DNA of 64,000 nucleotides from an uncultured Candidatus Actinomarina sp. Lineage in GTDB: Bacteria > Actinomycetota > Acidimicrobiia > Actinomarinales > Actinomarinaceae. Below the pieces are notes generated by a model. That model made no database searches. It was not told the origin of the DNA and saw only the letters and a program-made list of their open reading frames with translations. Shown here piece by piece: positions 29,699 through 40,967 of the stretch; position 1 is the stretch's first letter, and each line of letters starts with the position of its first letter. The stretch is taken from the NCBI GenBank assembly GCA_902609285.1, contig CACLRL010000004.1:2796-66795 (forward strand), in the 5' to 3' direction. The translations under genes were made by a program, and so were the position numbers.

Positions 29699-29780
29699 TA
29701 CCCGGAGGGGGAGTCGAACCCCCACATCCGAAGATACTGGATTTTGAGTCCAGCGCGTCTGCCAATTCCGCCATCCGGGC
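29699..29780 (-). tRNA. tRNA-Leu (anticodon CAA)
   Basis: The reverse complement GCCCGGATGGCGGAATTGGCAGACGCGCTGGACTCAAAATCCAGTATCTTCGGATGTGGGGGTTCGACTCCCCCTCCGGGTA folds as a cloverleaf. The anticodon stem is CTGGA/TCCAG with loop CTCAAAA. It has a long variable arm and a GGTTCGA T-loop. No CCA is encoded. Confidence 0.9.
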
Positions 29781-29845
29781 CTATTTAAAGATTATATTTG
29801 ATATCTACAAAAATAAGTGAATTTATTTTTTAAGTTTAGACTGGT

Positions 29846-32347
29846 TTGGTGATAGTTCTTATTGATGGCTTTAGTGTTGCATTTAGAGCATTTTATGCTC
29901 TCCCAGACACATTAATGACTTCTAGCGGTACTCCAACAAATGTAATCCATGGTTTTTTATCGATGATTAATAAAGTTATCAAAGATTATGAACCTGATCA
30001 ATTAATAATTACTTGGGATTTACCAGGCAAGACATTTAGGAATGAAATATATGAAGAATATAAAGCCAATAGGACTCCTGCTCCAGACAATTTTAATATT
30101 CAGATACCCCTTCTTCATGACTTAATTAACTCCTTCAATATTCCACAAGTTTCTAAAAGAGAACACGAAGCAGATGATGTACTTGGATCATTATCAAAAT
30201 TATTTAATGAAATTAAAAAAGATGTATTAATTGTCACTGGAGACAGAGATATTTTTCAGCTAATTTCAAAAAAAACAAAAATACTTTATACAAAAAAAGG
30301 AATATCAGATACTGACATAATGGATGAAAAATCATTTAAAGAAAAATATGAAATAACACCTTCACAGTACATTGAGTATTTAGCTTTAAAAGGGGATCCA
30401 TCTGATAATATTCCTGGATTGCCAGGTGTAGGCGAAAAAACAGCAATTACACTCTTAAAAAAATATAAAAATTTAGACAATATTCTTCAAAATCTTGATG
30501 AACTAACACCAAAATTAAAAAATACATTCAAAACAAACAAAGAAATTTTATTTATAAGTAAAAAGTTAGCCACTATAAAAACTGATTTAGAACTAGATTT
30601 ACCTGATTTGAAGTTGAGTGATTCTGCATATTTCTCTGATGATGTTTTAGAAAATGCACAGGAAAAAGTAAAAAATCTTGAACTAAACAAATACACCTTA
30701 AAAAACAAAAATGAAATTGATAAAGAAAAAGAAAATCCTGAAGATAAAAATATCCACCAATATGAATCTATAGAGGGTGAAGTTTTTATCTTAAGTTTTG
30801 ATAATGAAACATATTTTTTTAATAGCAATAAATTTGGAAAATATACTGGGAATTTATCAAAGATAAATAATTATGTTTTGATTACATCACAAATTACGAT
30901 TTCACTAACTGAAGATAAGTTAGATTTTAATAAATTTGATGCATATGATTGCATGTTATTTTTAAAAGACCCAAGCATTAAGCCAGACAATCTTTTGAAC
31001 ATAGCTAAACATATAGATAGATCATCAGGCCTTTCCAAAAAGTCAGATATCATAGATTTTCTTAAATTCTTCCAGCAGAAAACTTCAATTATTAATAATG
31101 AAATCTCAGAATTTAAAAAAGACAAAAAACTTATTTTATTATATGAGGATTTAGACTTTCCAATGCTTCAAATTTTGAGCTCAATGAACAAGAAAGGCGT
31201 AAAAGTCTCGTTAAAAAAAATCGATAAACTTTCTGATGAAATAAATATTGATTTGAATATTTATAAAAAAAATATTAAATCTATAACTAAAAAAGATTTT
31301 AATTTGAATTCACCTAAACAGTTATCTGAAATCCTCTATGAAGATATGAAATATCCAATTATTAAAAAGACTCCGAAAGGAGCTCCTTCAACAGATGCAT
31401 CTGTCTTAGAAGAATTATCGAAATCACATGAGTTGCCTAAGTTAATTTTAAAATATAGGGAATATGAAAAATTAAGATCTACATATATAGAGGGGCTCAA
31501 AGCTGTTATTGTAAATAACAGAGTTCATACTTCTTATAATTTGTTCGGCACAACAACAGGTCGTTTATCATCAGAAAAACCTAATTTACAAAATATTCCT
31601 AATAAAACAGAAATGGGTCAGAAAATACGAGAATTTTTTGTTGCGGATTCAAAACACACTTTTGTAATAGCTGATTATTCACAAATAGAATTAAGAGTTC
31701 TTGCACACTTAAGCAATGATAAAAATATGATAAATATGCTTAAAAATAGAGACGCCGATATTCACTCAGAAACAGCAGCCAAAATATTTAATACAAATAT
31801 TGATTCCGTAACTAAAGATATGAGAAGAAAAGCTAAAGAAGTAAATTTTGGTTTAATTTATGGAATGGAGTCATTTGGATTATCAAAAAGCTTGGATATT
31901 TCAAAAAAAGAAGCTGACGAATTGATAAAAGCTTATTTTGGTCAGTTTCCAAAAATTAAAGGTTTTCTAGAAAAGATAGTTGTTGAAGCGACAAAAAATA
32001 CATATACGGAAACTCTTTATGGTCGTAAAAGATTTATCAGAGAATTATCATCTTCAAATTTTCAAGTAAAAGCTATGGGAAAGAGAATTGCAATGAATGC
32101 CCCTATACAGGGAACTGCATCAGATATTATGAAAATTGCAATGATTAAATTAATCAAAAAATTGTCACCTTTAGAGTCAACAAACCTTCTTTTGCAAATA
32201 CACGATGAAATTATCATTCAAACTCCAAAAGTTTTGTCTGATAAAGTTTCAAATATAGTGCAAAAGGAAATGGAGGATGCCGCATCATTAAAAGTACCAC
32301 TGTTTGTGGATATTAAAGAAAATTCAAATTTATCAAATTTAAATTAA
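29846..32347 (+). CDS. polA: DNA polymerase I
   Basis: TTG (29846) or GTG (29849) start. It has a 5'-nuclease domain (GDRDIFQL, GDPSDNIPGLPGVGEKTA) and a polymerase domain (DYSQIELRVLAH, RRKAKEVNFGLIYG, QIHDE). Confidence 0.95.
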   Translation: MVIVLIDGFSVAFRAFYALPDTLMTSSGTPTNVIHGFLSMINKVIKDYEPDQLIITWDLPGKTFRNEIYEEYKANRTPAPDNFNIQIPLLHDLINSFNIPQVSKREHEADDVLGSLSKLFNEIKKDVLIVTGDRDIFQLISKKTKILYTKKGISDTDIMDEKSFKEKYEITPSQYIEYLALKGDPSDNIPGLPGVGEKTAITLLKKYKNLDNILQNLDELTPKLKNTFKTNKEILFISKKLATIKTDLELDLPDLKLSDSAYFSDDVLENAQEKVKNLELNKYTLKNKNEIDKEKENPEDKNIHQYESIEGEVFILSFDNETYFFNSNKFGKYTGNLSKINNYVLITSQITISLTEDKLDFNKFDAYDCMLFLKDPSIKPDNLLNIAKHIDRSSGLSKKSDIIDFLKFFQQKTSIINNEISEFKKDKKLILLYEDLDFPMLQILSSMNKKGVKVSLKKIDKLSDEINIDLNIYKKNIKSITKKDFNLNSPKQLSEILYEDMKYPIIKKTPKGAPSTDASVLEELSKSHELPKLILKYREYEKLRSTYIEGLKAVIVNNRVHTSYNLFGTTTGRLSSEKPNLQNIPNKTEMGQKIREFFVADSKHTFVIADYSQIELRVLAHLSNDKNMINMLKNRDADIHSETAAKIFNTNIDSVTKDMRRKAKEVNFGLIYGMESFGLSKSLDISKKEADELIKAYFGQFPKIKGFLEKIVVEATKNTYTETLYGRKRFIRELSSSNFQVKAMGKRIAMNAPIQGTASDIMKIAMIKLIKKLSPLESTNLLLQIHDEIIIQTPKVLSDKVSNIVQKEMEDAASLKVPLFVDIKENSNLSNLN

Positions 32348-32415
32348 ATACTTGCAAATTTCATAAATATGTTATCCTAATTAACGCAATACTATGATTG
32401 GAAAAAACAAAACAT

Positions 32416-33684
32416 ATGTCAGATAACCTAAATGAGACGGTTAAGCCAATCAATGACGTAAACCTTCCCGAAAATATTAATCCGGAAGACTTTCCCATTT
32501 TATTAGAACAAACGTTGGTATCTTTTAAAAACGGTGACGTAATTGAGGGTACAGTTGTCAGAATTGATAGAAATGAAGTTATGGTTGATGTCGGCTACAA
32601 ATCTGAGGGAGTCATACCGTCTAGAGAACTATCGGTTAGAAAGTCAATAAATCCAAATGAAGTTTTTAAAGTTGGAGATAAAGTTCAAGCCTTAGTCTTA
32701 GAAAAAGAAGATGACGAAGGACGACTTATTCTCTCTGTAAAAAGAGCATTATATGAAAAGGCATGGGGAGACATACAAACTATTTCTGATAATAATAAAT
32801 CTGTTAAAGGAACAGTAATTGAATCAGTCAAAGGTGGTCTTATTGTCGATATTGGTGTGAGAGGTTTTTTACCAGCATCATTAATTGACGTAAGAAGAGT
32901 TAAAGAACTTAGTTCCTATGTTGGCGAAGAAGTAGACGCTAAGATCTTAGAATTGGATAAGCAAAGAAACAATATTGTTTTATCTAGAAAAGCCCATCTT
33001 GAGGAGGAATTATCAGAAGAACGTCAGGGATTTTTGGGAGATTTACAAGTTGGAGATATTAAAGATGGAAAAATTTCTTCAATTGTAAACTTTGGTGCTT
33101 TTGTAGATATTGGTGGCATGGATGGATTGGTTCATGTTTCTGAGCTTTCATGGAGACATGTTGAAAATCCAAATGAAATTGTAAAAGTAGGCGACTCTGT
33201 AACAATAAAAGTTTTAGAGATAGATAATGATAAAGAAAGAATTTCATTATCTATTAAGCAAGTCACAGAGGATCCATGGCTAGATTTTGAATTAAACTTT
33301 AATGAAGGTGATGTTGTAAATGGTGTGGTAACAAAGGTTGTCCCTTTTGGTGCATTTGTGACTATTGGAAAAGGCGTTGAGGGACTTGTTCATGTATCTG
33401 AAATTTCAGTTGATAAAATTGATTCACCAGAACTAGCTCTAGCTATTGGCCAAAGTGTAAAAATTAAAATATTAGAACTAGATATCCCTAAGAGAAGGGT
33501 TAACTTATCTGTAAAACAAGCTGATCCAAATTGGGAAGCAAAAGAAGAAGAAATAAACAAGCCTAAAACTCACTCTACTCAATCAGAAGACAAACCTGCT
33601 GAAAGACAAACAGTTGAAGGCGTGGATGAATCTCTTGAAAATATTTTACAAGAACTCAAAGAAAGAGGGATTGGGAGTAACTAA
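32416..33684 (+). CDS. rpsA: 30S ribosomal protein S1
   Basis: Four S1 repeats (G-x-V-x-G-x-V ... GFLP/GLVHVSE). The ATG at 32416 fits the conserved N-terminus better than the longest-ORF TTG at 32398. Confidence 0.95.
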   Translation: MSDNLNETVKPINDVNLPENINPEDFPILLEQTLVSFKNGDVIEGTVVRIDRNEVMVDVGYKSEGVIPSRELSVRKSINPNEVFKVGDKVQALVLEKEDDEGRLILSVKRALYEKAWGDIQTISDNNKSVKGTVIESVKGGLIVDIGVRGFLPASLIDVRRVKELSSYVGEEVDAKILELDKQRNNIVLSRKAHLEEELSEERQGFLGDLQVGDIKDGKISSIVNFGAFVDIGGMDGLVHVSELSWRHVENPNEIVKVGDSVTIKVLEIDNDKERISLSIKQVTEDPWLDFELNFNEGDVVNGVVTKVVPFGAFVTIGKGVEGLVHVSEISVDKIDSPELALAIGQSVKIKILELDIPKRRVNLSVKQADPNWEAKEEEINKPKTHSTQSEDKPAERQTVEGVDESLENILQELKERGIGSN

Positions 33685-33724
33685 CAATTCAAGTTAAATT
33701 CTAATTTTCCTTAATCTTATATAT

Positions 33725-34279
33725 ATGTATAAAAATGGAATTATATTAACTGGTCCGATTGGTTCGGGAAAATCTGAAGCTTTATCAATAGTTTCTAGAT
33801 TAGGATACAAAACTGTTGATCTAGATATTATTTCAAACAACATATTAAATAGTAAGGATTCGATTGACTTTTTAAAGACAAATTTCTTAGATTGCCTAGA
33901 AAATGATAAAGTAGTCAGAACTAAATTAGCAAATATTGTTTTTCAAGACAAAGAAAAATTACAATTGTTAGAAACGTATTTACATCCTAAAGTTCAATCT
34001 CAAATGTTAGATATTTTGAGTAACAGTGACCAACTAACATTCATCGAAGTATCAGCTCCTAAAAATGTAATAGATATGTTTAAGACAATAGTTTTATGGA
34101 GTCCTGAAAAGGTAAGAATTGAACGACTAATTGACAGAGGAATGGATTTAGAAGATATTACAAATAGGATAAACAACCAACCAGATGATAAATGGTGGCA
34201 CTCAATAGGTACAGTAATTAATAATGACGTCAAAGAAGATTTAGAAGGTGAACTAAAAAAAGTAATAGAATCTATGTAA
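33725..34279 (+). CDS. coaE: Dephospho-CoA kinase
   Basis: P-loop [11 protein letters not shown], 184 aa, and the conserved position rpsA-coaE-uvrB. Confidence 0.85.
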   Translation: MYKNGIILTGPIGSGKSEALSIVSRLGYKTVDLDIISNNILNSKDSIDFLKTNFLDCLENDKVVRTKLANIVFQDKEKLQLLETYLHPKVQSQMLDILSNSDQLTFIEVSAPKNVIDMFKTIVLWSPEKVRIERLIDRGMDLEDITNRINNQPDDKWWHSIGTVINNDVKEDLEGELKKVIESM

Positions 34280-36276
34280 TGAATAAATTTAAAGTGATCT
34301 CAGAATTTACTCCAAAGGGGGATCAACCTGCAGCAATTAAAAAATTAAAAAATGGGATTGATAGTAATATTGACTTTCAAACATTAATGGGTATTACTGG
34401 TTCAGGTAAATCTGCAACCATAGCCTGGCTTATTGAAGAAGTTCAAAAACCTACTTTGGTACTTGCTCCAAATAAAGCCCTTGCAGCTCAATTAGCTAAT
34501 GAGTTCAAACAATTTTTTCCTGAAAATAGAGTTGAATATTTTGTTTCTTACTACGATTACTACCAGCCAGAAGCATACGTTCCAAGAACAGATACTTTTA
34601 TAGAAAAAGATGCAAATATAAATGAAGAAATCGACAGATTAAGACACTCAGCAACAAGTGCTTTACTATTAAGGGACGATGTCATAGTAGTTTCGTCTGT
34701 TTCCTGTATATACGGACTTGGCTCTCCCAAAGAATACAAGAATAAAATCATTCCAATTATTCAAGGTAAAGAATTTGATTTAGACGATTTAATTGGTCAG
34801 TTAGTAAAACAGCAGTACATTAGAAATGATTTAGTTGTTACTCGAGGTACGTTTAGATTAAAGGGCGACACATTAGACATATTTCCTGTTTATGAAGAAA
34901 CTATTTTTAGAATTGAATTTTTTGGGGATGAAATAGAAAAAATATCAAGAATTGATCCAGTTACAGGTGAGATATTAGAAAAATTAACTGAGTTAGCTAT
35001 ATTTCCTGCATCTCATTATGTAACTTCTGATGAAGAGAGAAAAAATGCATTAAAGGAAATTGAAAGTGATTTGGCAAAACAAATTTCAAAGTTTGAAAAA
35101 GACAATAAATTACTTGAAGCACAACGTATAAAACAAAGAACAATGTTTGATTTAGAAATGTTAAGTGAACTTGGTGTTTGTTCAGGAATAGAAAACTATT
35201 CTAGATATTTTGATGGTAGAAAGCCAGGAGAGGCACCTTATACATTAATTGATTTTTTTCCAGATGATTTTTTGATGGTTGTTGATGAAAGCCATATTGC
35301 TATACCTCAAATTAGAGGACAATATGAAGGAGACAAGTCGAGAAAATCTACTCTTGTGGATTATGGATTCAGATTGCCAGCTGCTCTTGACAATCGTCCA
35401 CTAAAGTTTGATGAGTGGAGAAATAAAGTAAATAAAACTATTCTTGTATCCGCAACTCCAGGTAAATGGGAAAATGAAAATTCAGAAATTTTTATTGAAC
35501 AAGTTATTAGACCTACTGGTTTATTAGATCCAAATATTATTGTCAGACCTACTAAAGATCAAATTCAAGATTTATTAAGTGAAATTAAATCCGTAATAAA
35601 TAATGGGAATAGGGTTCTTGTTACAACTTTAACAAAAAAGATGAGTGAAGCTTTAAGTGATTATTTTTTGAAAATGGGAATAAAAACACGTTATCTTCAT
35701 TCAGATATTGACACACTGGAAAGAATTGAAATTCTAAGAGATTTAAGAAAAGGAGAATTCGATGTATTGGTAGGTATAAATTTACTAAGAGAAGGACTTG
35801 ACTTACCAGAAGTCCAATTAGTTGCAATTATGGATGCTGATAAAGAAGGTTTTTTAAGATCTGAAACAAGTTTAATTCAAACAATTGGTAGAGCAGCTAG
35901 AAACAAAGATGGTTATGTAATAATGTATGCCGATAAAATTACAGACTCTATTACGAAAGCAGTTGGAGAAACAAAAAGAAGAAGAGAGATTCAAGATAAA
36001 CATAATAAAAAATATGATATAAATCCAGAGACTGTCAAGAAGGAAATAACTGATATTCTTGAAATCGTTGAAAGAAACAGACCTTCAAAAGACGATATTT
36101 TATTTAGATCAAATTTGAATTTGAAAAATGCTTCTAAAGATGATTTGTATAAAATATCAAAAGATATTGAAAAAGAAATGAAAGTGGCAGCTGATTTATT
36201 GGAGTTTGAAGTTGCTGCTAGATTAAGGGACGAGCTTAAAGAGATAAAAAAAGAAATTATGGAGCTTCCTAACTAA
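34279..36276 (+). CDS. uvrB: Excinuclease ABC subunit B
   Basis: [15 protein letters not shown], the DESH box (VDESHI), and a C-terminal UVR domain ([11 protein letters not shown]). Confidence 0.97.
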   Translation: MNKFKVISEFTPKGDQPAAIKKLKNGIDSNIDFQTLMGITGSGKSATIAWLIEEVQKPTLVLAPNKALAAQLANEFKQFFPENRVEYFVSYYDYYQPEAYVPRTDTFIEKDANINEEIDRLRHSATSALLLRDDVIVVSSVSCIYGLGSPKEYKNKIIPIIQGKEFDLDDLIGQLVKQQYIRNDLVVTRGTFRLKGDTLDIFPVYEETIFRIEFFGDEIEKISRIDPVTGEILEKLTELAIFPASHYVTSDEERKNALKEIESDLAKQISKFEKDNKLLEAQRIKQRTMFDLEMLSELGVCSGIENYSRYFDGRKPGEAPYTLIDFFPDDFLMVVDESHIAIPQIRGQYEGDKSRKSTLVDYGFRLPAALDNRPLKFDEWRNKVNKTILVSATPGKWENENSEIFIEQVIRPTGLLDPNIIVRPTKDQIQDLLSEIKSVINNGNRVLVTTLTKKMSEALSDYFLKMGIKTRYLHSDIDTLERIEILRDLRKGEFDVLVGINLLREGLDLPEVQLVAIMDADKEGFLRSETSLIQTIGRAARNKDGYVIMYADKITDSITKAVGETKRRREIQDKHNKKYDINPETVKKEITDILEIVERNRPSKDDILFRSNLNLKNASKDDLYKISKDIEKEMKVAADLLEFEVAARLRDELKEIKKEIMELPN

Positions 36277-39086
36277 TGGTAAATGATTATTTAAAGGTTA
36301 AAGGCGCTAAAGAGCATAACTTAAAAGATATCAGTATTGATATACCAAAAAATCAATTAGTAGTAGTCACTGGCCTTTCAGGTTCTGGTAAGTCTTCTCT
36401 TGCTTTTGATACCATTTATGCTGAAGGTCAAAGGAGATATGTTGAAAGCTTATCTGCTTATGCACGTCAATTTCTTGGTCAAATGGAAAAACCAAATGTT
36501 GAACAAATTGAGGGTCTCTCACCTGCTATAGCCATTGACCAAAAAACCTCATCAAGAAGCCCTCGTTCAACGGTAGGCACTGTCACAGAAATACACGATT
36601 ATTTACGTCTACTTTGGGCAAGAATAGGTATCAGTTACTGCCCAAACTGCAGTTCTAAAATAGAAAAACAATCTACTGATTTTATAGTTAATCAAATATT
36701 AGAAATTGGTGAGGACATATACGTTGAAATTCTTGCACCAATTGTTAAATCAAGAAAAGGAGAGTTTGAAACCTTATTTAAAGATCTGGTAAAACAAGGC
36801 TTTAGTAGAGCTTATATTGATGGGGAGTTGGTCAGATTAGATGAGGCAAAACGGCTAGATAGATACTTTAATCACAATATCTCAGTAGTTGTAGATAGAG
36901 TAAAAATTAAAAAAACCGGTGGAAGAAGACTTCCACAATCTGTTGAGGCAGCAATTAACTTAACAAGCGGATTAGTTGATATTAAGATTGACGAGGATAT
37001 AAAGTCATTTAGTCAAAATCTTGGTTGTAAACAATGTGGCACTTCTTATGGCAAACTAGAGCCAAGAGATTTTTCATTTAATTCTCCATTTGGAGCATGT
37101 GAAAGATGTAATGGTATTGGTATAAACTACGAGATTGATGAAAATCTATTAGTAAAGGACGAAATCCAATCCATTGATGAAAATGTCTTTCCGGAAATGT
37201 CAAAAAGAAAATATTTTCGCGCACAGATTTATGGGGTTTGTGAATATTTTGACATACCAAGAAATATTCCATATAAAGATTTATCTGATCACGACAAATT
37301 TATTCTCCTTTTCGGTTCAGATGGAATAAAAACTCCAATTAGATATACAAATCGATTTGGAAATTCCAGAACTTGGGAAAGAGAATTTCCTGGAGTTATA
37401 CCATTATTTAAGAAAATTTACGAAGAAACAGAATCTGATCACAGAAGAGAATATTATATGCAATTTATGAGAGAATTGCCGTGCACTGATTGTGATGGTG
37501 AAAGGTTAAATCCGAGATCAAGAAACGTGAAAGTAAAATCACTTACACTTGGTGATTTTAATAAATTATCTATTAATAAAGCTAGTAAAGTGATTCAAAA
37601 TTTAAAACTGACTGGTAACGAAAAAGAAATTGCTGAAACAATTTTAAGAGAAATTAATGAAAGATTACTTTTTTTGAATGAAGTTGGACTTACTTACTTA
37701 CAGTTAAATAGAGGTGCTGCAACTCTATCAGGAGGTGAAGCACAAAGAATTAGATTAGCTACACAGATAGGTTCTGGATTAACTGGTGTACTCTACGTTT
37801 TAGATGAACCATCAATTGGTCTCCATCAGTCTGATAACAAAAAACTAATCGAAACATTATTAAGATTGAAAAATTTAGGAAATACAGTACTTGTGGTTGA
37901 ACATGATGAAGAAACAATGAGAAGTTCTGATTTCATAATTGATATTGGTTGGGGAGCTGGAGAAGAAGGTGGAAATATAGTTGCTGCTGGTGATTTTGAA
38001 ACAGTATCAAAGAATAAAAAGTCAATTACTGGACAATATTTATCTGGAAAACAAAAAGTACCTTATCCAAAGATCAGAAGAAAAGGAAATAATGAAAAAA
38101 TTGTTGTAAGAGGAGCAAAAGAAAATAATTTAAAGAATCTTACAGCTGAATTCCCTCTAGGTAAATTTATATCAGTTACTGGAGTATCAGGGAGTGGAAA
38201 GTCAACATTGGTATCAGAAATATTATCTAAGGCAATACAAAATGAATTTTCAAGAAAAAATTGGAGCCCACCCGGTGTCCATAAAAGTGTGAGTGGATTA
38301 AATTATATAGACAAATTAATTGAGATCGATCAATCACCTATTGGAAGAACTCCAAGATCAAATCCTGCAACTTATTCTGGTGTTTTTGACATGATACGTT
38401 CTCTTTATTCTCAAACAGAAGAAGCTAAGATTCGCGGTTACAAGCCAGGAAGATTTTCTTTCAATGTACCTGGAGGAAGATGCGAAGTATGCAGAGGTGA
38501 CGGAACAATAAAAGTTGAAATGTATTTTTTACCTGATGTTTATGTGATGTGTGAGGATTGTAAAGGTTCAAGATATAACAATGAGACATTAAATATACGA
38601 TGGAAAGGCAATACAATTTCTGACATATTAAATTCTACAGTTGAAAATTCTCTTAAAATATTTGAAAATCAACCACAGATTTCAAGAATCATAAAAACAT
38701 TAGATGATGTTGGATTATCTTATATAACACTTGGTCAATCAGCCACAACTCTCTCAGGAGGAGAAGCTCAAAGGGTGAAACTAGCAAAAGAGTTGAGCAA
38801 AAGATCAACAGGTAGAACAATGTATATACTGGATGAGCCAACAACGGGTCTACATTTTGCAGATGTTCAAAAGTTATTAGAAGTTTTACATATGCTCGTT
38901 GATAAAGGAAATACTGTACTTGTTATCGAACACAATCTTGATGTAATAAAAAATTCAGATTGGGTAATAGACCTCGGGCCAGAAGGAGGAGAAAATGGTG
39001 GAAAAATTATCTCAGAGGGAACTCCTGAAAGTTTAGCATCAGATAAAACATCTTTGACAGGTTATCATTTAAAATCAGTCTTGTAA
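36276..39086 (+). CDS. uvrA: Excinuclease ABC subunit A
   Basis: Two ABC modules (GLSGSGKSSLAF, GVSGSGKSTL, LSGGEAQR twice) and zinc-finger Cys pairs. Confidence 0.97.
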   Translation: MVNDYLKVKGAKEHNLKDISIDIPKNQLVVVTGLSGSGKSSLAFDTIYAEGQRRYVESLSAYARQFLGQMEKPNVEQIEGLSPAIAIDQKTSSRSPRSTVGTVTEIHDYLRLLWARIGISYCPNCSSKIEKQSTDFIVNQILEIGEDIYVEILAPIVKSRKGEFETLFKDLVKQGFSRAYIDGELVRLDEAKRLDRYFNHNISVVVDRVKIKKTGGRRLPQSVEAAINLTSGLVDIKIDEDIKSFSQNLGCKQCGTSYGKLEPRDFSFNSPFGACERCNGIGINYEIDENLLVKDEIQSIDENVFPEMSKRKYFRAQIYGVCEYFDIPRNIPYKDLSDHDKFILLFGSDGIKTPIRYTNRFGNSRTWEREFPGVIPLFKKIYEETESDHRREYYMQFMRELPCTDCDGERLNPRSRNVKVKSLTLGDFNKLSINKASKVIQNLKLTGNEKEIAETILREINERLLFLNEVGLTYLQLNRGAATLSGGEAQRIRLATQIGSGLTGVLYVLDEPSIGLHQSDNKKLIETLLRLKNLGNTVLVVEHDEETMRSSDFIIDIGWGAGEEGGNIVAAGDFETVSKNKKSITGQYLSGKQKVPYPKIRRKGNNEKIVVRGAKENNLKNLTAEFPLGKFISVTGVSGSGKSTLVSEILSKAIQNEFSRKNWSPPGVHKSVSGLNYIDKLIEIDQSPIGRTPRSNPATYSGVFDMIRSLYSQTEEAKIRGYKPGRFSFNVPGGRCEVCRGDGTIKVEMYFLPDVYVMCEDCKGSRYNNETLNIRWKGNTISDILNSTVENSLKIFENQPQISRIIKTLDDVGLSYITLGQSATTLSGGEAQRVKLAKELSKRSTGRTMYILDEPTTGLHFADVQKLLEVLHMLVDKGNTVLVIEHNLDVIKNSDWVIDLGPEGGENGGKIISEGTPESLASDKTSLTGYHLKSVL

Positions 39087-40897
39087 TGGAAAAAATAGAA
39101 ATAAAAGAAATTCCAACAAGTCCCGGTATTTATATCTTTAAAGATGAATACGAGGAACCATTGTATGTCGGAAAAGCTAAGAATTTAAGAAAACGTGTAC
39201 CTTCATATTTTAGAGATAGATCCTCATGGAAAGTAAAGAGGCTTGTTGCAGAGTCTGAGAACATAAGCTTTGTTGTTTCAAAAAATGAAGCAGATGCTTT
39301 ATTAGCTGAATATTCTTTTATTCAACAATACAAACCTAAATACAATGTTCAATTTAAGGATGATAAGTCTTATCCATATGTTACTTTATCGAATGAAGAA
39401 TGGCCGAGAGCATATATTTCCAGAAAAATTAGTCAAAAAAATAAAAACTTTGGTCCCTTTCCATTTATAGGATCAGCACGAAGATCACTTGATCATTTAA
39501 TTAATATTTTTCCAGTAAGAACTTGCTCAAAAAATGTTTTCGAAAGACACCAAAAATTAGGAAAAGCCTGTCTTCTATATGATATTGATAAATGTGCAGG
39601 ACCCTGTATTGATGCAATTAGTAAAGTTGAATATGTTGATTTAATTTCTAAACTTGAAAATTTTTATTCTGGAAAGTCTGATCAATATATTGATGAAAAA
39701 ATAAATGAAATGATGACATTTTCAGAAAAGCAAGAATATGAAAAGGCTCAACAAGCAAAAAGCATTATTACACATCTTGAAAATGCTAGGACAACACAAA
39801 CATTAATGGTTGCGGATAAAAAATCTGTAGATGTTGTAGGAATCGATATTAGTAATTTTGATGTAGTTATTTCTTGCCTGCTAATAAGAAATGGAAGAAT
39901 AATTGGTGAAGTTAAGAAAACACTAGAACCAATTGACACAGAGCAGTATGAAGAATACCTCCCACAGATAATACTTTCAATTTTTTCAGAAAATCAACCA
40001 TCAGATGAAATATTAGTAAGTCACAATTTCCCCTATGTTGAGACTGTTCAAAAAAGTCTGTCAGAGAAATGGGATAAAGATATTCAATTAAAAACACCAG
40101 TCAAGGGGTGGAAAAAAGACCTATTAGAAACAGCTATTTTAGATGCTAAAGAAATACGAAGGGTGGTTAATTTTAGACGGAGAACAGATTTAGAATTTCG
40201 GTCACAATCATTAGAACAATTAAAAAATAATTTAGATCTTAAAAATATTCCTTATCGTATTGAAGCATTTGATATTTCAAATCTTGGAGCTGAGTATAGA
40301 GCAGGCTCAATGGTGGTCATGGATGATGGTATTTGTAAACCGTCAATGTATAGAAAATTTCATATAAAATCTTTCTCGGGACAGGACGATTATAAATCAA
40401 TGGAAGAAGTAATTTTTAGAAGACTCAAAAGACTTTCAAAAGTAGATGAGAAAGATAAAAGCTTCAAGAGAAAACCTGATCTAATTTTAATTGATGGTGG
40501 CAAAGGTCAATTATCTTCTGCAAAAGGTGTAGTTGATCATTTTGAGTTAGACATTGAAATAATTGGTTTGGCCAAAAAATTTGAAGAGGTTTTTAAACCT
40601 AATCGTAAAGAACCGTTCATTCTTGATAAAAGTTCTGAAGCGATGTTTTTACTTCAAAACATTAGGGACGAAGCACACAGATTTGCAATATCTGAAAATA
40701 GAAGATTAAGAATTAAAAATTTTGACGATCAAACCTTACTAAGTATTAAAGGAGTTGGTAACAAGTCTTCTGAAATATTATTAGAAAAATTTAAGGATGT
40801 TTCTAGACTTTCAAAAGCTACGTTTGAGGAGCTCAATGAGGTCGTATCTGATAACATAGCTAAAAAAGTTTATTCTTATTTCAATGGGGATTTTTAA
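39086..40897 (+). CDS. uvrC: Excinuclease ABC subunit C
   Basis: GIY-YIG (PGIYIFKD...LYVGKAKNLRKR), a UVR domain, an Endo-V-like domain and a C-terminal HhH. Confidence 0.95.
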   Translation: MEKIEIKEIPTSPGIYIFKDEYEEPLYVGKAKNLRKRVPSYFRDRSSWKVKRLVAESENISFVVSKNEADALLAEYSFIQQYKPKYNVQFKDDKSYPYVTLSNEEWPRAYISRKISQKNKNFGPFPFIGSARRSLDHLINIFPVRTCSKNVFERHQKLGKACLLYDIDKCAGPCIDAISKVEYVDLISKLENFYSGKSDQYIDEKINEMMTFSEKQEYEKAQQAKSIITHLENARTTQTLMVADKKSVDVVGIDISNFDVVISCLLIRNGRIIGEVKKTLEPIDTEQYEEYLPQIILSIFSENQPSDEILVSHNFPYVETVQKSLSEKWDKDIQLKTPVKGWKKDLLETAILDAKEIRRVVNFRRRTDLEFRSQSLEQLKNNLDLKNIPYRIEAFDISNLGAEYRAGSMVVMDDGICKPSMYRKFHIKSFSGQDDYKSMEEVIFRRLKRLSKVDEKDKSFKRKPDLILIDGGKGQLSSAKGVVDHFELDIEIIGLAKKFEEVFKPNRKEPFILDKSSEAMFLLQNIRDEAHRFAISENRRLRIKNFDDQTLLSIKGVGNKSSEILLEKFKDVSRLSKATFEELNEVVSDNIAKKVYSYFNGDF

Positions 40898-40967
40898 GAT
40901 AAATATCATACAATAAGAAAATTTTTCCATGTAAATACATCACAATTAGAATATCATTAGATTAATT

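Noticed and set aside
30286-31125. Antisense ORFs in polA, including a 113-aa one at 30487..30828.
   Set aside because: They lie opposite the Lys/Asn-rich linker of polA, whose antisense strand is Phe/Leu/Ser-rich and stop-poor. No start context or motif is present.
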